64,000 nucleotides of DNA, taken from positions 3,445-67,444 of the forward strand of contig CAZJPG010000005.1 of assembly GCA_964547855.1 (NCBI GenBank). The letters run 5' to 3'. Of this stretch, positions 44,169-52,668 are shown in pieces. This DNA is from an uncultured Gammaproteobacteria bacterium (lineage in GTDB: Bacteria; Patescibacteriota; Patescibacteriia; Patescibacteriales; WJLG01). Within the stretch, counting starts at the first letter, position 1; each line of letters starts with the position of its first letter. Under the pieces are notes generated by a model that ran no database searches, was not told where the DNA came from, and worked only from the letters and a program-made list of their open reading frames with translations. A program made the position numbers and the translations under genes.

Positions 44169-44275
44169 GTATCGCATAAATGGAAGGGAATCGAACCCTC
44201 CCGAGGCGGGCAAGCAAGTTGCGAGCGAGATACGAGGTGAGGCGGAAGCCGAGCCGAATAATCAAGCGACATCAA
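44169..44275 (-). ncRNA. unclassified structured element with a tRNA T-arm-like hairpin (copy A)
   Basis: Minus-sense GGGAGGG-TTCGATT-CCCTTCC (44182-44202). Long-range stem GTATC(T)CGC / GCGATAC (44225-44233 with 44169-44175). Framed by terminators. 33/41 identity over the core to 63953-63993. Confidence 0.3.
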
Positions 44276-44280
44276 TATTC

Positions 44281-44318
44281 AAAAAAACAAAAAAGGCCGA
44301 CCATTACTAGGCCAGCCT
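44281..44318 (-). terminator. rho-independent terminator of the 509-aa gene
   Basis: Minus sense AGGCTGGCC-TAGTAAT-GGTCGGCCT followed by TTTTTTGTTTTTTT. Confidence 0.6.
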
Positions 44319-44323
44319 CTCTA

Positions 44324-45853
44324 TCATTCTTTGATTATCACTTTTATTCTATTGACCAAGATCGGTGCCTTCTTCATGAACGGTGGCGAAAAACTGATCT
44401 TAAAATCGGAAAAGTTATCAGTATTGCTTAAGTAAGTTTTTATTTGAGCCTCATTCAAACCGACCAGCTTGTCCTTTTCGACCAAGGCATCCCCTTTCCT
44501 GGCTGCCAAGAATCCGACATAAGATATTTCGACCACCGCCTCACCGGATTTAAAATCGGTATTAGAAAGGCTGTATTCTGTCTCATTCTGGTCAAGACCC
44601 AAAACCTTTTTATCCGTCGGAGCCTTAGACAAAAACTTACCCTCGGCCAACTGTTCGGCGTGGCTCTTTTTAAAGGCTACGACATTCACGTTGGCGCTTA
44701 GCTCTATGGTGAATTGATCGACTTTATCTCCAGCCTCATTGCTTTTGTTTACATTTAAAGAGTTCTTGTCTATCTCAGAGATCACTTTATCGTAACCCTT
44801 GTAATTATCGCCGAACTGTCTAGCGACTTTATCGACCATAGAGGCCTTTAAGTCTTGTAACCCCTTGTCGATATCTATTTGCTGAATATATTTTTCGACT
44901 TGAGTGTTGTAAACAAAGGCTTCTTTGCTTTCGGCATAGACCTTATCCTGAAGACCGGACCAAAGCGCCGGCAAAGTGAACCTTGTCGGTCCAATGGCCA
45001 TTTCTTCGCTTGGCTCGTCAGTATATATCCCAACCTCCGCTTTGCCGTTAGGCGGTATCTCTACACGATCCTTTATGCGATAGACCTTTCCTTCTGGGCT
45101 CATCAAGCGCGTAGTGGCTATCAATATTTGTTTATCGTTCTTGTTGTTATAAATAATGGCCTTACCGGTTATTTCACGACCAAGCACCTTGGCGCCAGTG
45201 GCCTGAAAAGTTCCCTCTTCTTTTATTGGTATCTGTTCTACAGCGCCTTCTATAGCCTCCTTATTGGACGACAAAACATCTTTATTGTCTTGATTGACGA
45301 CCACGAAAGACGTCTTATCACTCTTACGTTCTTTCTTTGGCGTCACCTCGACCGTCAAAGAAACTACGTAAAAATAGAAAATCGACCCTAGTAACAAAAC
45401 TGTTAGGGCAATGAAAAACAAAGAGAGTTTTCTGTAGAGTCCGATCGACCTTGGCTGATCGATATAACCGTCCTTTTTGTCGTTGTCAGCGTCTTTTTCC
45501 TTCTTATCCTCCTTCTTTTCTTCTTTCTTGGAAGAGACTTCTTTTATTTTCACTTTCTCTTTTTCTTCCTTAGCGGTTTTTTTGGATGTTTTTTTAAAGA
45601 ATTCTCTATCCTCTCCGACGCTATCGAGTTTAACGGCATCCTCCCTGGCTGCAACGATATCCTCCTCGTGGCTATCTTTGCGGCCGTCCTTTTTACTGAC
45701 AACTCTTACTGGTAATTTAGTCTTTTTTGGCGTCTTTTTAACAGCAGACGTCGGTTCAGACTTCTTTTTACGAGTGCCAGCGGTCGCCCTCTTCTTTGCC
45801 GGCTTATCTTTCGCCGGCACTTCTTCTTTTTTAACGTCTTTTTCCGGTGCCAT
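44324..45853 (-). CDS. hypothetical membrane-anchored protein (509 aa) with a long K/E-rich N-terminal tail
   Basis: About 140 aa of lysine/glutamate low complexity, one TM (LSLFFIALTVLLLGSIFYFYVV), then a ~340-aa extracytoplasmic domain. Confidence 0.75.
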   Translation of the reverse strand: MAPEKDVKKEEVPAKDKPAKKRATAGTRKKKSEPTSAVKKTPKKTKLPVRVVSKKDGRKDSHEEDIVAAREDAVKLDSVGEDREFFKKTSKKTAKEEKEKVKIKEVSSKKEEKKEDKKEKDADNDKKDGYIDQPRSIGLYRKLSLFFIALTVLLLGSIFYFYVVSLTVEVTPKKERKSDKTSFVVVNQDNKDVLSSNKEAIEGAVEQIPIKEEGTFQATGAKVLGREITGKAIIYNNKNDKQILIATTRLMSPEGKVYRIKDRVEIPPNGKAEVGIYTDEPSEEMAIGPTRFTLPALWSGLQDKVYAESKEAFVYNTQVEKYIQQIDIDKGLQDLKASMVDKVARQFGDNYKGYDKVISEIDKNSLNVNKSNEAGDKVDQFTIELSANVNVVAFKKSHAEQLAEGKFLSKAPTDKKVLGLDQNETEYSLSNTDFKSGEAVVEISYVGFLAARKGDALVEKDKLVGLNEAQIKTYLSNTDNFSDFKISFSPPFMKKAPILVNRIKVIIKE

Positions 45854-45926
45854 ATCTAAAAATCGATTTTAAAAATGATTCTGGGCGATAAGTTATCCAC
45901 CTAAGATACATTATACAAGAAAAACT

Positions 45927-48900
45927 CTAGTCATCCAAGACCGTGACAGAATCACCAAGCGCTTCTCTTAGGCCAGCCTTAAGATCTTGTGTATTATTCA
46001 CCCTAAAACCGGTCTCGATAATACTACTTTTACCGTCCATGGTTATCTTAAAATATACTTTGCTGTTACCAAAGTTATTAAGAAGCACGCTCTTCATTTT
46101 TTCCGACTCATCTCCGGTCAATTCTCTGTTGACCACGACCTTGAGTGGCGGTGGTGGAGCAGGAGGCGGAGTGGCAGGAGCCGAAGAAGGCGCATTGGAG
46201 CGAGAATGGCCATTTCCACCACCATTACCAGACCGATAAAAATTGTTTCGAGCCTTAACTTCTATCTTTTTAAAGACATCTATGGAGCCATTGATGTCGG
46301 CCAAACGTAATTCTGAGGCTTTGTCCACCAAAACTTTAACTTCCTGGTCTTTATCAGAGACTTTGCCTTGGCAAATTATAACTCTGCCATCGACCCAAAG
46401 CTCTGGTGTCTTTTCCAATACCGTAGGAAATACCAAAAGCTCGGTTACGGCCACGCCATCCTCTATTTTAACGAAGAGCATTGGCTTATTGCTCTTGGTT
46501 ATTATCTTCTTTACGCTTGATATGACCCCAGCTATGCGAATAGACTCATCGTTCATATGCTCGCGCAATCGGGAAAGTGGTATCACATAATCTCCGACCG
46601 GACGACGATAATCATTGAACGGATGCTCCGTGATATACAGACCTAACAATTCCTTTTCCCAAGATAATTTTTCCTGCCTATCGGCCAACGGTACTTGCGC
46701 CAGTTTGATCCTGGGCGGCAAAGCGTTTTCCCCGCCAAAAAGGCTTATCTGCTTATTATCCCTGGCTTTATTGACCTCTTTATTGAATTCCAACAAAGCC
46801 TCCATATTTCCCAACAGATGGCCTCGGTCTCCAAATTGATCGAAAGCTCCGCACTTTATCAGTGATTCTAAAGACTTTTTGTTCATATCCCTATCAACGA
46901 CTCTTTCTAGAACATCGAACACATCTTTGAACTTACCATTCTTCTTTCTTTCTTCTATTAGAACATCGACTATGTGACTACCGACATTCTTAACGGCGTT
47001 AAGACCGAAACGAATGAACTCTTCGCCTTTTTTCTCTCCCAAGACCACAGCGAAAGAAGCGAATGACTCGTTGATATCTGGCGGCAAAACCTTAATTCCC
47101 ATATTACGGCACTCCTCTATCTCAATAGCGATACGATCGATGTCCTGCTGATCACTGGTCAGCAAAGCGGCCATAAACTCGGCAGGGTAATGCGCCTTTA
47201 AATAAGCTGTTTGGTAGCCGACCATGGCGTAACAAGCGGCATGCGACCTATTAAAACCATAACCAGCGAAAGGCTCGATAAACGAGAAGACCTTTTCTCC
47301 CAACTCCTTGGATATGCCGTTCTTAACACAACCTTCTAAAAACTTCTCTTTCTGCTGCGCTAAGAGCTCGACGATCTTCTTACCCATCGCTTTACGCAGC
47401 ACATCTGCGCCGCCCATAGTGAAACCGGCCAGTGACCTAGCGATCTCCATGACCTGTTCTTGATATATGGCCACGCCATAAGTTTTATCCAATATCGGTT
47501 GTAGCTTAGGGTGCAAATACTGAACCTTCTTTCGTCCATGCTTACCGGCGATATAATCGGGGATCCACTCCATCGGACCAGGGCGATACAAGGCGACCAT
47601 AGCGATAATATCCTCAAAGACAGTTGGCTTAAGCTCCTTCAAATATCTCTTCATGCCAGAAGATTCGAATTGGAACACACCAGTGGTCTCACCATCCTGA
47701 AACAGTTTATATGCCAAGGCGTCATTTAAAGGTATTTTCTCAATGTCCACATCGACGCCTCTGGCACCTTTGATTATTCTTAATGCCGATTCGATGATAG
47801 TTAAGTTCTTAAGACCCAAAAAGTCCATCTTAAGTAATCCCAGGTCATCGACCGGATGTAATGAATACTGCGAGACAATGGTCATGTCAGAGCTGGAAGC
47901 GTACTGAACCGGCATGTACTCGGTCAATGGATCCTTAGTGATTATGACGCCGCAAGCATGAACAGAAGAATGTCTGGACACACCCTCAAGACGCAAGGCA
48001 TAATCAATTATTCTTTTGGCATCAGGCTCTTTTTCATAGAGATCTTTAAATTCCTGAACGTTTTCCAGGGCTTCGGAAAGACTTGTGAACATCGGGATGG
48101 CCTTGGCCAATTTATCGCAAAAATCATATGGCACATCCAAGACGCGACCAACATCGCGCATCGAAGCGCGTGCGGCTATGGTACCGAAAGTTATAATTTG
48201 GGCCACATGGTCCTTTCCATATTTACTCTCTACATAACGCAAAACCTCGTCGCGACGTGTATCAGCGAAGTCCGTATCGATATCAGGCATCGATATACGC
48301 TCTGGGTTAAGGAAACGCTCGAAAAGAAGATCATAGGCCAGCGGATCAAGGTTGGTTATGCCTATCAAATAACAGACAAAAGATCCAGCAGCGCTACCTC
48401 TGCCTGGACCGACGACGATCTTATTGTCTTTAGCCCAATTAATGAAGTCGGAGACGATCAAAAAGTAAGACGGCCAACCCATCTTCTTTATAACAGAAAG
48501 TTCATAATCCAATCTTTCTTTATGCACCTGATCCATCTCTTCGTAGGACTTGCCATAACGCTTTTTCAACCCCTCTTTGGACAAATGCTCTAAATAAGAG
48601 AACTCGTCGAAGCCTTCTGGAACAGAAAAATACGGCAATTGAGTCATGCCAAGATCGATCTCCAAATCGCACATCTCCGCTATTTTCAAGGTGTTCGTAG
48701 CGGCTTCCGGGGCTTGGGGGAAGGCGGCCAACATCTCATCGTTCGGACGCAAAGAAAAGTCCGTCCCCACCATACTCATTCTATTCTGGTCGTCGATCTT
48801 CTTTTTATTCTGTAAACAAAGCAAAACATCCTGGGCTTCAGCGTCCTCTTTTTTTAAATAATGTGAGTCATTGGTCAGGACTAAAGGCACATTTAATTCT

Positions 48901-49481
48901 CTGGATAACTGTACAAGTTTTTTGTTCAGTTCATCTTGGCCTTCTAAATTTGGGTGGTCCTGCACTTCCAAATAAAAATTACCCTGCCCAAAGAGTTCGT
49001 TATATTCTAATATCCTTTTTTTAGCTTTTTCCTCTTGTCCAGCCTCAAGGAGATGCGGTATCTCTCCGCCCATACAAGCGGTGCAAGCGATAAGTCCCTC
49101 GGCATGCTTACTCAAAGTCTCCCAATCGATCCTAGGTTTATAATAAAAACCCTCTAAGTGACCTATGGTTACGAGTTTGATCAAATTCTTATATCCGACC
49201 TTATTCTTAGCTAAAAGCAAAATATGCCTATTCGAACGATCTTCTGTCGTTTCCTTTTTGTGTAAATCAGGTGCCAAATACAACTCCACACCAATGATCG
49301 GCTTTATCCCCTCCTTCTTACAAGCCTGATAGAACTCGATCGCTCCATACATATTCCCATGGTCGGTCAAAGCCAAGGCTGGTGAGCCCTGTTCCTTGGC
49401 GAACTTGACCGCCTCCTTGATCTTAGTCAAACCATCGAGCAAAGAATAGTGAGTATGGACGTGTAAGTGGACGAAAGACAT
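45927..49481 (-). CDS. dnaE: DNA polymerase III alpha subunit
   Basis: PHP domain FVHLHVHTHYSLLDG, polymerase core, OB fold, and a Pro-rich linker before the C-terminal domain. Start trimmed to ATG 49481. Confidence 0.97.
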   Translation of the reverse strand: MSFVHLHVHTHYSLLDGLTKIKEAVKFAKEQGSPALALTDHGNMYGAIEFYQACKKEGIKPIIGVELYLAPDLHKKETTEDRSNRHILLLAKNKVGYKNLIKLVTIGHLEGFYYKPRIDWETLSKHAEGLIACTACMGGEIPHLLEAGQEEKAKKRILEYNELFGQGNFYLEVQDHPNLEGQDELNKKLVQLSRELNVPLVLTNDSHYLKKEDAEAQDVLLCLQNKKKIDDQNRMSMVGTDFSLRPNDEMLAAFPQAPEAATNTLKIAEMCDLEIDLGMTQLPYFSVPEGFDEFSYLEHLSKEGLKKRYGKSYEEMDQVHKERLDYELSVIKKMGWPSYFLIVSDFINWAKDNKIVVGPGRGSAAGSFVCYLIGITNLDPLAYDLLFERFLNPERISMPDIDTDFADTRRDEVLRYVESKYGKDHVAQIITFGTIAARASMRDVGRVLDVPYDFCDKLAKAIPMFTSLSEALENVQEFKDLYEKEPDAKRIIDYALRLEGVSRHSSVHACGVIITKDPLTEYMPVQYASSSDMTIVSQYSLHPVDDLGLLKMDFLGLKNLTIIESALRIIKGARGVDVDIEKIPLNDALAYKLFQDGETTGVFQFESSGMKRYLKELKPTVFEDIIAMVALYRPGPMEWIPDYIAGKHGRKKVQYLHPKLQPILDKTYGVAIYQEQVMEIARSLAGFTMGGADVLRKAMGKKIVELLAQQKEKFLEGCVKNGISKELGEKVFSFIEPFAGYGFNRSHAACYAMVGYQTAYLKAHYPAEFMAALLTSDQQDIDRIAIEIEECRNMGIKVLPPDINESFASFAVVLGEKKGEEFIRFGLNAVKNVGSHIVDVLIEERKKNGKFKDVFDVLERVVDRDMNKKSLESLIKCGAFDQFGDRGHLLGNMEALLEFNKEVNKARDNKQISLFGGENALPPRIKLAQVPLADRQEKLSWEKELLGLYITEHPFNDYRRPVGDYVIPLSRLREHMNDESIRIAGVISSVKKIITKSNKPMLFVKIEDGVAVTELLVFPTVLEKTPELWVDGRVIICQGKVSDKDQEVKVLVDKASELRLADINGSIDVFKKIEVKARNNFYRSGNGGGNGHSRSNAPSSAPATPPPAPPPPLKVVVNRELTGDESEKMKSVLLNNFGNSKVYFKITMDGKSSIIETGFRVNNTQDLKAGLREALGDSVTVLDD

Positions 49482-49498
49482 TCTGTTCAAATAAAAAA

Positions 49499-49921
49499 TT
49501 AAGCGAAATTCTTAAAAGACTCCTCAAAGATACGTATAGAGTCTATGACCCAAGGCTTTCTAACTTGATCGCGCATAGCCTCTATTTCCTCGAACGAGAA
49601 CCATTGAGCGTCCAAGATCTCCCCTTCAGGTATATCCAAGTCTCCATCGGTTATCTCACCAGCATAAACGTGCTTAATGCCATGTTCATGGCTCTCATGA
49701 AAAATAGCGACCTTACCAAGCAAATTGACGCTGTACCCGGTCTCCTCTTTGACCTCGCGAACGGCTGCGTCTTCTATGGTCTCACCTACCTCGACTCGCC
49801 CAGCCGGCAGGTTCCAAAGACCATAAGCCTCTTCTTTCGCTTCTTGGACCATCAAATACTTATAATCTTTTTCCAAGATAACGGCTGCCGCGACAAAAAC
49901 CTGCAAATATTCTTTTTCCAT
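49499..49921 (-). CDS. NUDIX hydrolase
   Basis: Nudix box GRVEVGETIEDAAVREVKEETG. Confidence 0.85.
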   Translation of the reverse strand: MEKEYLQVFVAAAVILEKDYKYLMVQEAKEEAYGLWNLPAGRVEVGETIEDAAVREVKEETGYSVNLLGKVAIFHESHEHGIKHVYAGEITDGDLDIPEGEILDAQWFSFEEIEAMRDQVRKPWVIDSIRIFEESFKNFA

Positions 49922-50092
49922 ATTTTTAGAATATTATTAAAGTCGATTTAAGCAATAAAAAATCCCATTTTAAATTTTGAGATTTATGTTTTGCATTCCT
50001 AGGAATGCCTCCTTATTAAGTCTATCTTAACATAAAAACGGCAATAAAAAAAGCTCCCCTTAAAGGGAAACTTTTTGGCTTACTTAAGAAGA

Positions 50093-50896
50093 TTATCTAA
50101 GCAATATGGAAACTGCCATCAAGCAACTAAAGGCGATGGCGAAATAGCCGAAATTTATCTTCTTGACCAGGCCCAAAAATAGGTTGATCGTGACCAATCC
50201 AATAACGAAAGCGGTGGCCACTCCAGCCAAAGACGACCAAGAGATCATCGTCTTATCGAAGTTTAAGACTACGTTGCCAAGGAATATTATTGGCATACTC
50301 ATCAAAAAACTAAGACGCATAGCCGGAAGATCGTCGAATTTCCTGAACAATAATGAAGACACGGTCAATCCAGAACGAGAGAACCCTGGTAGAACGGCTA
50401 GGGCTTGTACTAGACCAAGAATGACACCGTCTTTTGGGTTGACGTCGGCATCAGGACGACGCTTGTCTTGCATCTTTTTAGCTTTAAGTATCAGCAATCC
50501 GGTCACGAACAACAAGACTGCGACAACGATCGTCACGAATTTACCAAAATTATCAAAAGAATCAGAAAAAGAATCAAAGACCTTGGCCAAAATATACCCT
50601 AGACCGCCGCTAATCACCGTTGTGATGGATAAAAAGACCAAAAGACGACGATCGGCCTCTGGGGCGGTACGATAATTGAACATGGCCTTAAAAACAGAAA
50701 CGATCTCTTTCCTGAAATAAACAAAAGAAGCTAAAAAAGTACCTAGATGAAGAAATAGCGCCAAGCGTAAAACCTGCATGGCGTCCTCGCCATTGTTAAA
50801 AAAATTGCCCTTGACCAAAAACACCATCCCCTCCGAAGATAATGGCAGCCACTCGACCAATCCTTGTACAGCACCTAAGACTATATTCTCTAACAT
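50093..50896 (-). CDS. uppP: undecaprenyl-diphosphate phosphatase
   Basis: VLGAVQGLVEWLPLSSEGM N-terminus, ...PGFSRSG... motif, 7-8 TM. Confidence 0.92.
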   Translation of the reverse strand: MLENIVLGAVQGLVEWLPLSSEGMVFLVKGNFFNNGEDAMQVLRLALFLHLGTFLASFVYFRKEIVSVFKAMFNYRTAPEADRRLLVFLSITTVISGGLGYILAKVFDSFSDSFDNFGKFVTIVVAVLLFVTGLLILKAKKMQDKRRPDADVNPKDGVILGLVQALAVLPGFSRSGLTVSSLLFRKFDDLPAMRLSFLMSMPIIFLGNVVLNFDKTMISWSSLAGVATAFVIGLVTINLFLGLVKKINFGYFAIAFSCLMAVSILLR

Positions 50897-50902
50897 AATT
50901 TA

Positions 50903-51241
50903 TTATTTTTTTTGAACGAATGATTCGAGTTGCTTTAAAACATCCGGGGAAACATACTTTTGCATATCTTCCGGCTTGATGTTGCCATTGCCGATCTCCA
51001 AAGGAAGACCCATTAACTGACGATACTGCTCCATGGCACTATTTAGCATTGGCATGAGGTAGATCGCTCCAACTATCAACGGCACTACGATTATTAAGAA
51101 CCTAACAAAACTATAGATCTCATCCCTAATGAAATGATTTCTTATGGATTTGACCATTTTCTTGATCTCGACCAAATCCTTTTTTGTCTCCTCTGAATTC
51201 TTGGCGGCGATCTCTACTATTTTTTTTAATTCGTCGTCCAT
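50903..51241 (-). CDS. hypothetical single-pass membrane protein (112 aa)
   Basis: ORF track; central TM FVRFLIIVVPLIVGAIYLM. Confidence 0.6.
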   Translation of the reverse strand: MDDELKKIVEIAAKNSEETKKDLVEIKKMVKSIRNHFIRDEIYSFVRFLIIVVPLIVGAIYLMPMLNSAMEQYRQLMGLPLEIGNGNIKPEDMQKYVSPDVLKQLESFVQKK

Positions 51242-51259
51242 ATAAGATAAGATTCATTT

Positions 51260-51401
51260 TAAAATCGCTCCAGCCGTCTTTTAAAAGACGCTCGCCTCGC
51301 TCCAGCGGCGAGTCATCGCTCTGTTTTTCTCACGATTTTCGCCAAAGGCGAACCGAGCAAATCGTTCGAAAAAAGCTTTTAAAAAACGGCTGGCGCGATT
51401 T
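51260..51401. repeat. 142-bp nested inverted-repeat element (27-bp outer stem, two inner stem-loops)
   Basis: AAAATCGCTCCAGCCGTCTTTTAAAAG (51260-51286) pairs with CTTTTAAAAAACGGCTGGCGCGATTTT (51375-51401), 25/27. Inner stems: CTCGCC...GGCGAG; TTTTTCTCACGATTT...AAATCGTTCGAAAAA enclosing TTCGCC-AAA-GGCGAA. Confidence 0.6.
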
Positions 51402-51428
51402 TCTTGTTTATTTTAGTGACAATGAAGT

Positions 51429-52160
51429 CTATCCCCTGACCTCGCACTCTTTCACATGTTTGCGCCCAATGACGGCAAAACGCTCCATTTGTTCCTCAGG
51501 GAAGCCAGGCTTGCCGACAAGCTCGCCATCGATCATATCGGCGTCCGATTTAAAACGCTGCAAGAACCACTTATCAGCCCCCTCTATCATCTTCCCCATG
51601 TTCTCTATCGCCTCTTCATCTAAAAATCCGGGCACACAAGTAGTGCGGAATTCATAAGGCAGTCCGCTCTCCATAATAATCATAACACTTTCTTTGATTT
51701 TACCAAAATCGAATTTTGTACCAGTCGTCTTTTCATATCTATCTTCGTCGCTTTTGATGTCCATAGCCAAATAATCGACCAAGTTGTCGGACAATACTTT
51801 CTTCAACATCTCCGGATTAGTGCCATTAGTGTCGAGCTTGATATCGAAACCCAGAGCTTTTATCTTGGTCAAAAAATCCGGCAGATCATGATGTATCGTC
51901 GGCTCTCCGCCAGTCACCACCACTCCATCCAATTTACCCTTGCGCTCTTCCAGAAAATGAAAAAGGCCAGCCTCGGTTAAAGGAGTTTGGCCTTCCTCTT
52001 CCCCGCCTTTCGACGGAGTATCTTCACTCTTGCCATTCGGCACGAGCATGGGGTTGTAACAGAAGTTGCAGTTAAATGTGCAACCTATGGTGAAAACGAC
52101 GGCGGCTAAGTGACCACTATAATCTATCAGGCTCAATTTTTCCAAACCACCTATTTTCAT
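51429..52160 (-). CDS. nrdG: anaerobic ribonucleoside-triphosphate reductase activating protein (radical SAM)
   Basis: LSLIDYSG....VVFTIGCTFNCNFCYNP cluster motif; position downstream of nrdD. Confidence 0.9.
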   Translation of the reverse strand: MKIGGLEKLSLIDYSGHLAAVVFTIGCTFNCNFCYNPMLVPNGKSEDTPSKGGEEEGQTPLTEAGLFHFLEERKGKLDGVVVTGGEPTIHHDLPDFLTKIKALGFDIKLDTNGTNPEMLKKVLSDNLVDYLAMDIKSDEDRYEKTTGTKFDFGKIKESVMIIMESGLPYEFRTTCVPGFLDEEAIENMGKMIEGADKWFLQRFKSDADMIDGELVGKPGFPEEQMERFAVIGRKHVKECEVRG

Positions 52161-52217
52161 ATACTTAGGCGGACCGGCTTAATGGCCGATCGCCTAAACC
52201 GATCCGGATTTATTTAC

Positions 52218-52364
52218 TTAGCAACCGCAATCTCTAACGTCGTAGGTCTTCCTATCGACGAACTCGGCTTTCTTCCCTTTGTTCCAGTTCTTGACAGGCG
52301 TAAGCCAACCGACGACGCGGCTGTAGACGATGCATTCCTGTCTCTTGGTCTTTGTAGGGCTCAT
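52218..52364 (-). CDS. nrdD: detached C-terminal glycyl-radical segment of NrdD (48 codons; unlisted ORF or downstream exon)
   Basis: MSPTKTKRQECIVYSRVVGWLTPVKNWNKGKKAEFVDRKTYDVRDCGC carries the NrdD C-terminal signature YSR.xG[YW]...WN.GK..E...R..Y. Same strand as nrdD. Confidence 0.75.
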   Translation of the reverse strand: MSPTKTKRQECIVYSRVVGWLTPVKNWNKGKKAEFVDRKTYDVRDCGC

Positions 52365-52668
52365 AAAATCCGTAAGAATTAAGAAAAAGATTTTTTATGG
52401 CTATTTTGGCCAAATCCTCTTTCGAGGCAAAGGCTTTTTAAAACCTCCCTGAATCTAGAATCCTAACTCTTTTATTTTTGTTTTTAATTATCTTAATTAA
52501 TTATTAGGCTAATTGACTTATAATATTGCGCTCTGATCCATCCGACACAGCAGAATCGTCCCTCATCACCACCACCTGCTCATCTCTGATCTTTTCCTGA
52601 AAAGCGCTTTTCTCATTTCCCTCTGCTCCATGGATCTCTATGTCCTCTCCTTGGAAGCCGTTTTCGGC
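52338..52668 (-). other. ~330-nt intervening sequence splitting nrdD (candidate group I intron or spacer of a split gene)
   Basis: Lies between the last conserved codon of the Zn ribbon (CPKCD, ending at 52669) and the first conserved codon of the radical domain (E, 52337). Contains GNRA-capped and other local helices and no endonuclease ORF. Confidence 0.4.

Noticed and set aside
44169-44275. Reading the T-arm-like element as a genuine tRNA, tmRNA or SRP RNA
   Set aside because: - tRNA: no 5' acceptor partner for the sequence after the T-arm, a 7-bp rather than 5-bp T stem, and no 5-bp/7-nt anticodon arm.
- tmRNA: it would need about 350 nt and would overlap a terminator and a CDS.
- SRP RNA: the GGC-GGAA-GCC hairpin on the opposite strand lacks the universal SRP AGCA/AGG symmetric-loop nucleotides.
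43995-44431. Track ORFs 43995-44240(+), 44033-44275(-) and 44180-44431(+)
   Set aside because: They run through the tRNA-Leu gene, an 18-bp terminator stem and the tRNA-like element. They are non-coding RNA and terminator territory.
49994-50009. Perfect 16-bp palindrome GCATTCCTAGGAATGC upstream of the Nudix gene at 49499-49921
   Set aside because: It could be an operator, but it is a single short palindrome with no second copy or associated regulator gene. There is not enough to call a feature.
51184-51657. 157-aa plus-strand ORF
   Set aside because: It spans the nested inverted-repeat element and the antisense of the nrdG 3' end. There is no coding signal.
52110-52382. 90-aa plus-strand ORF
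   Set aside because: It is antisense to the 48-codon NrdD glycyl-radical segment, whose conservation identifies the minus strand as coding.
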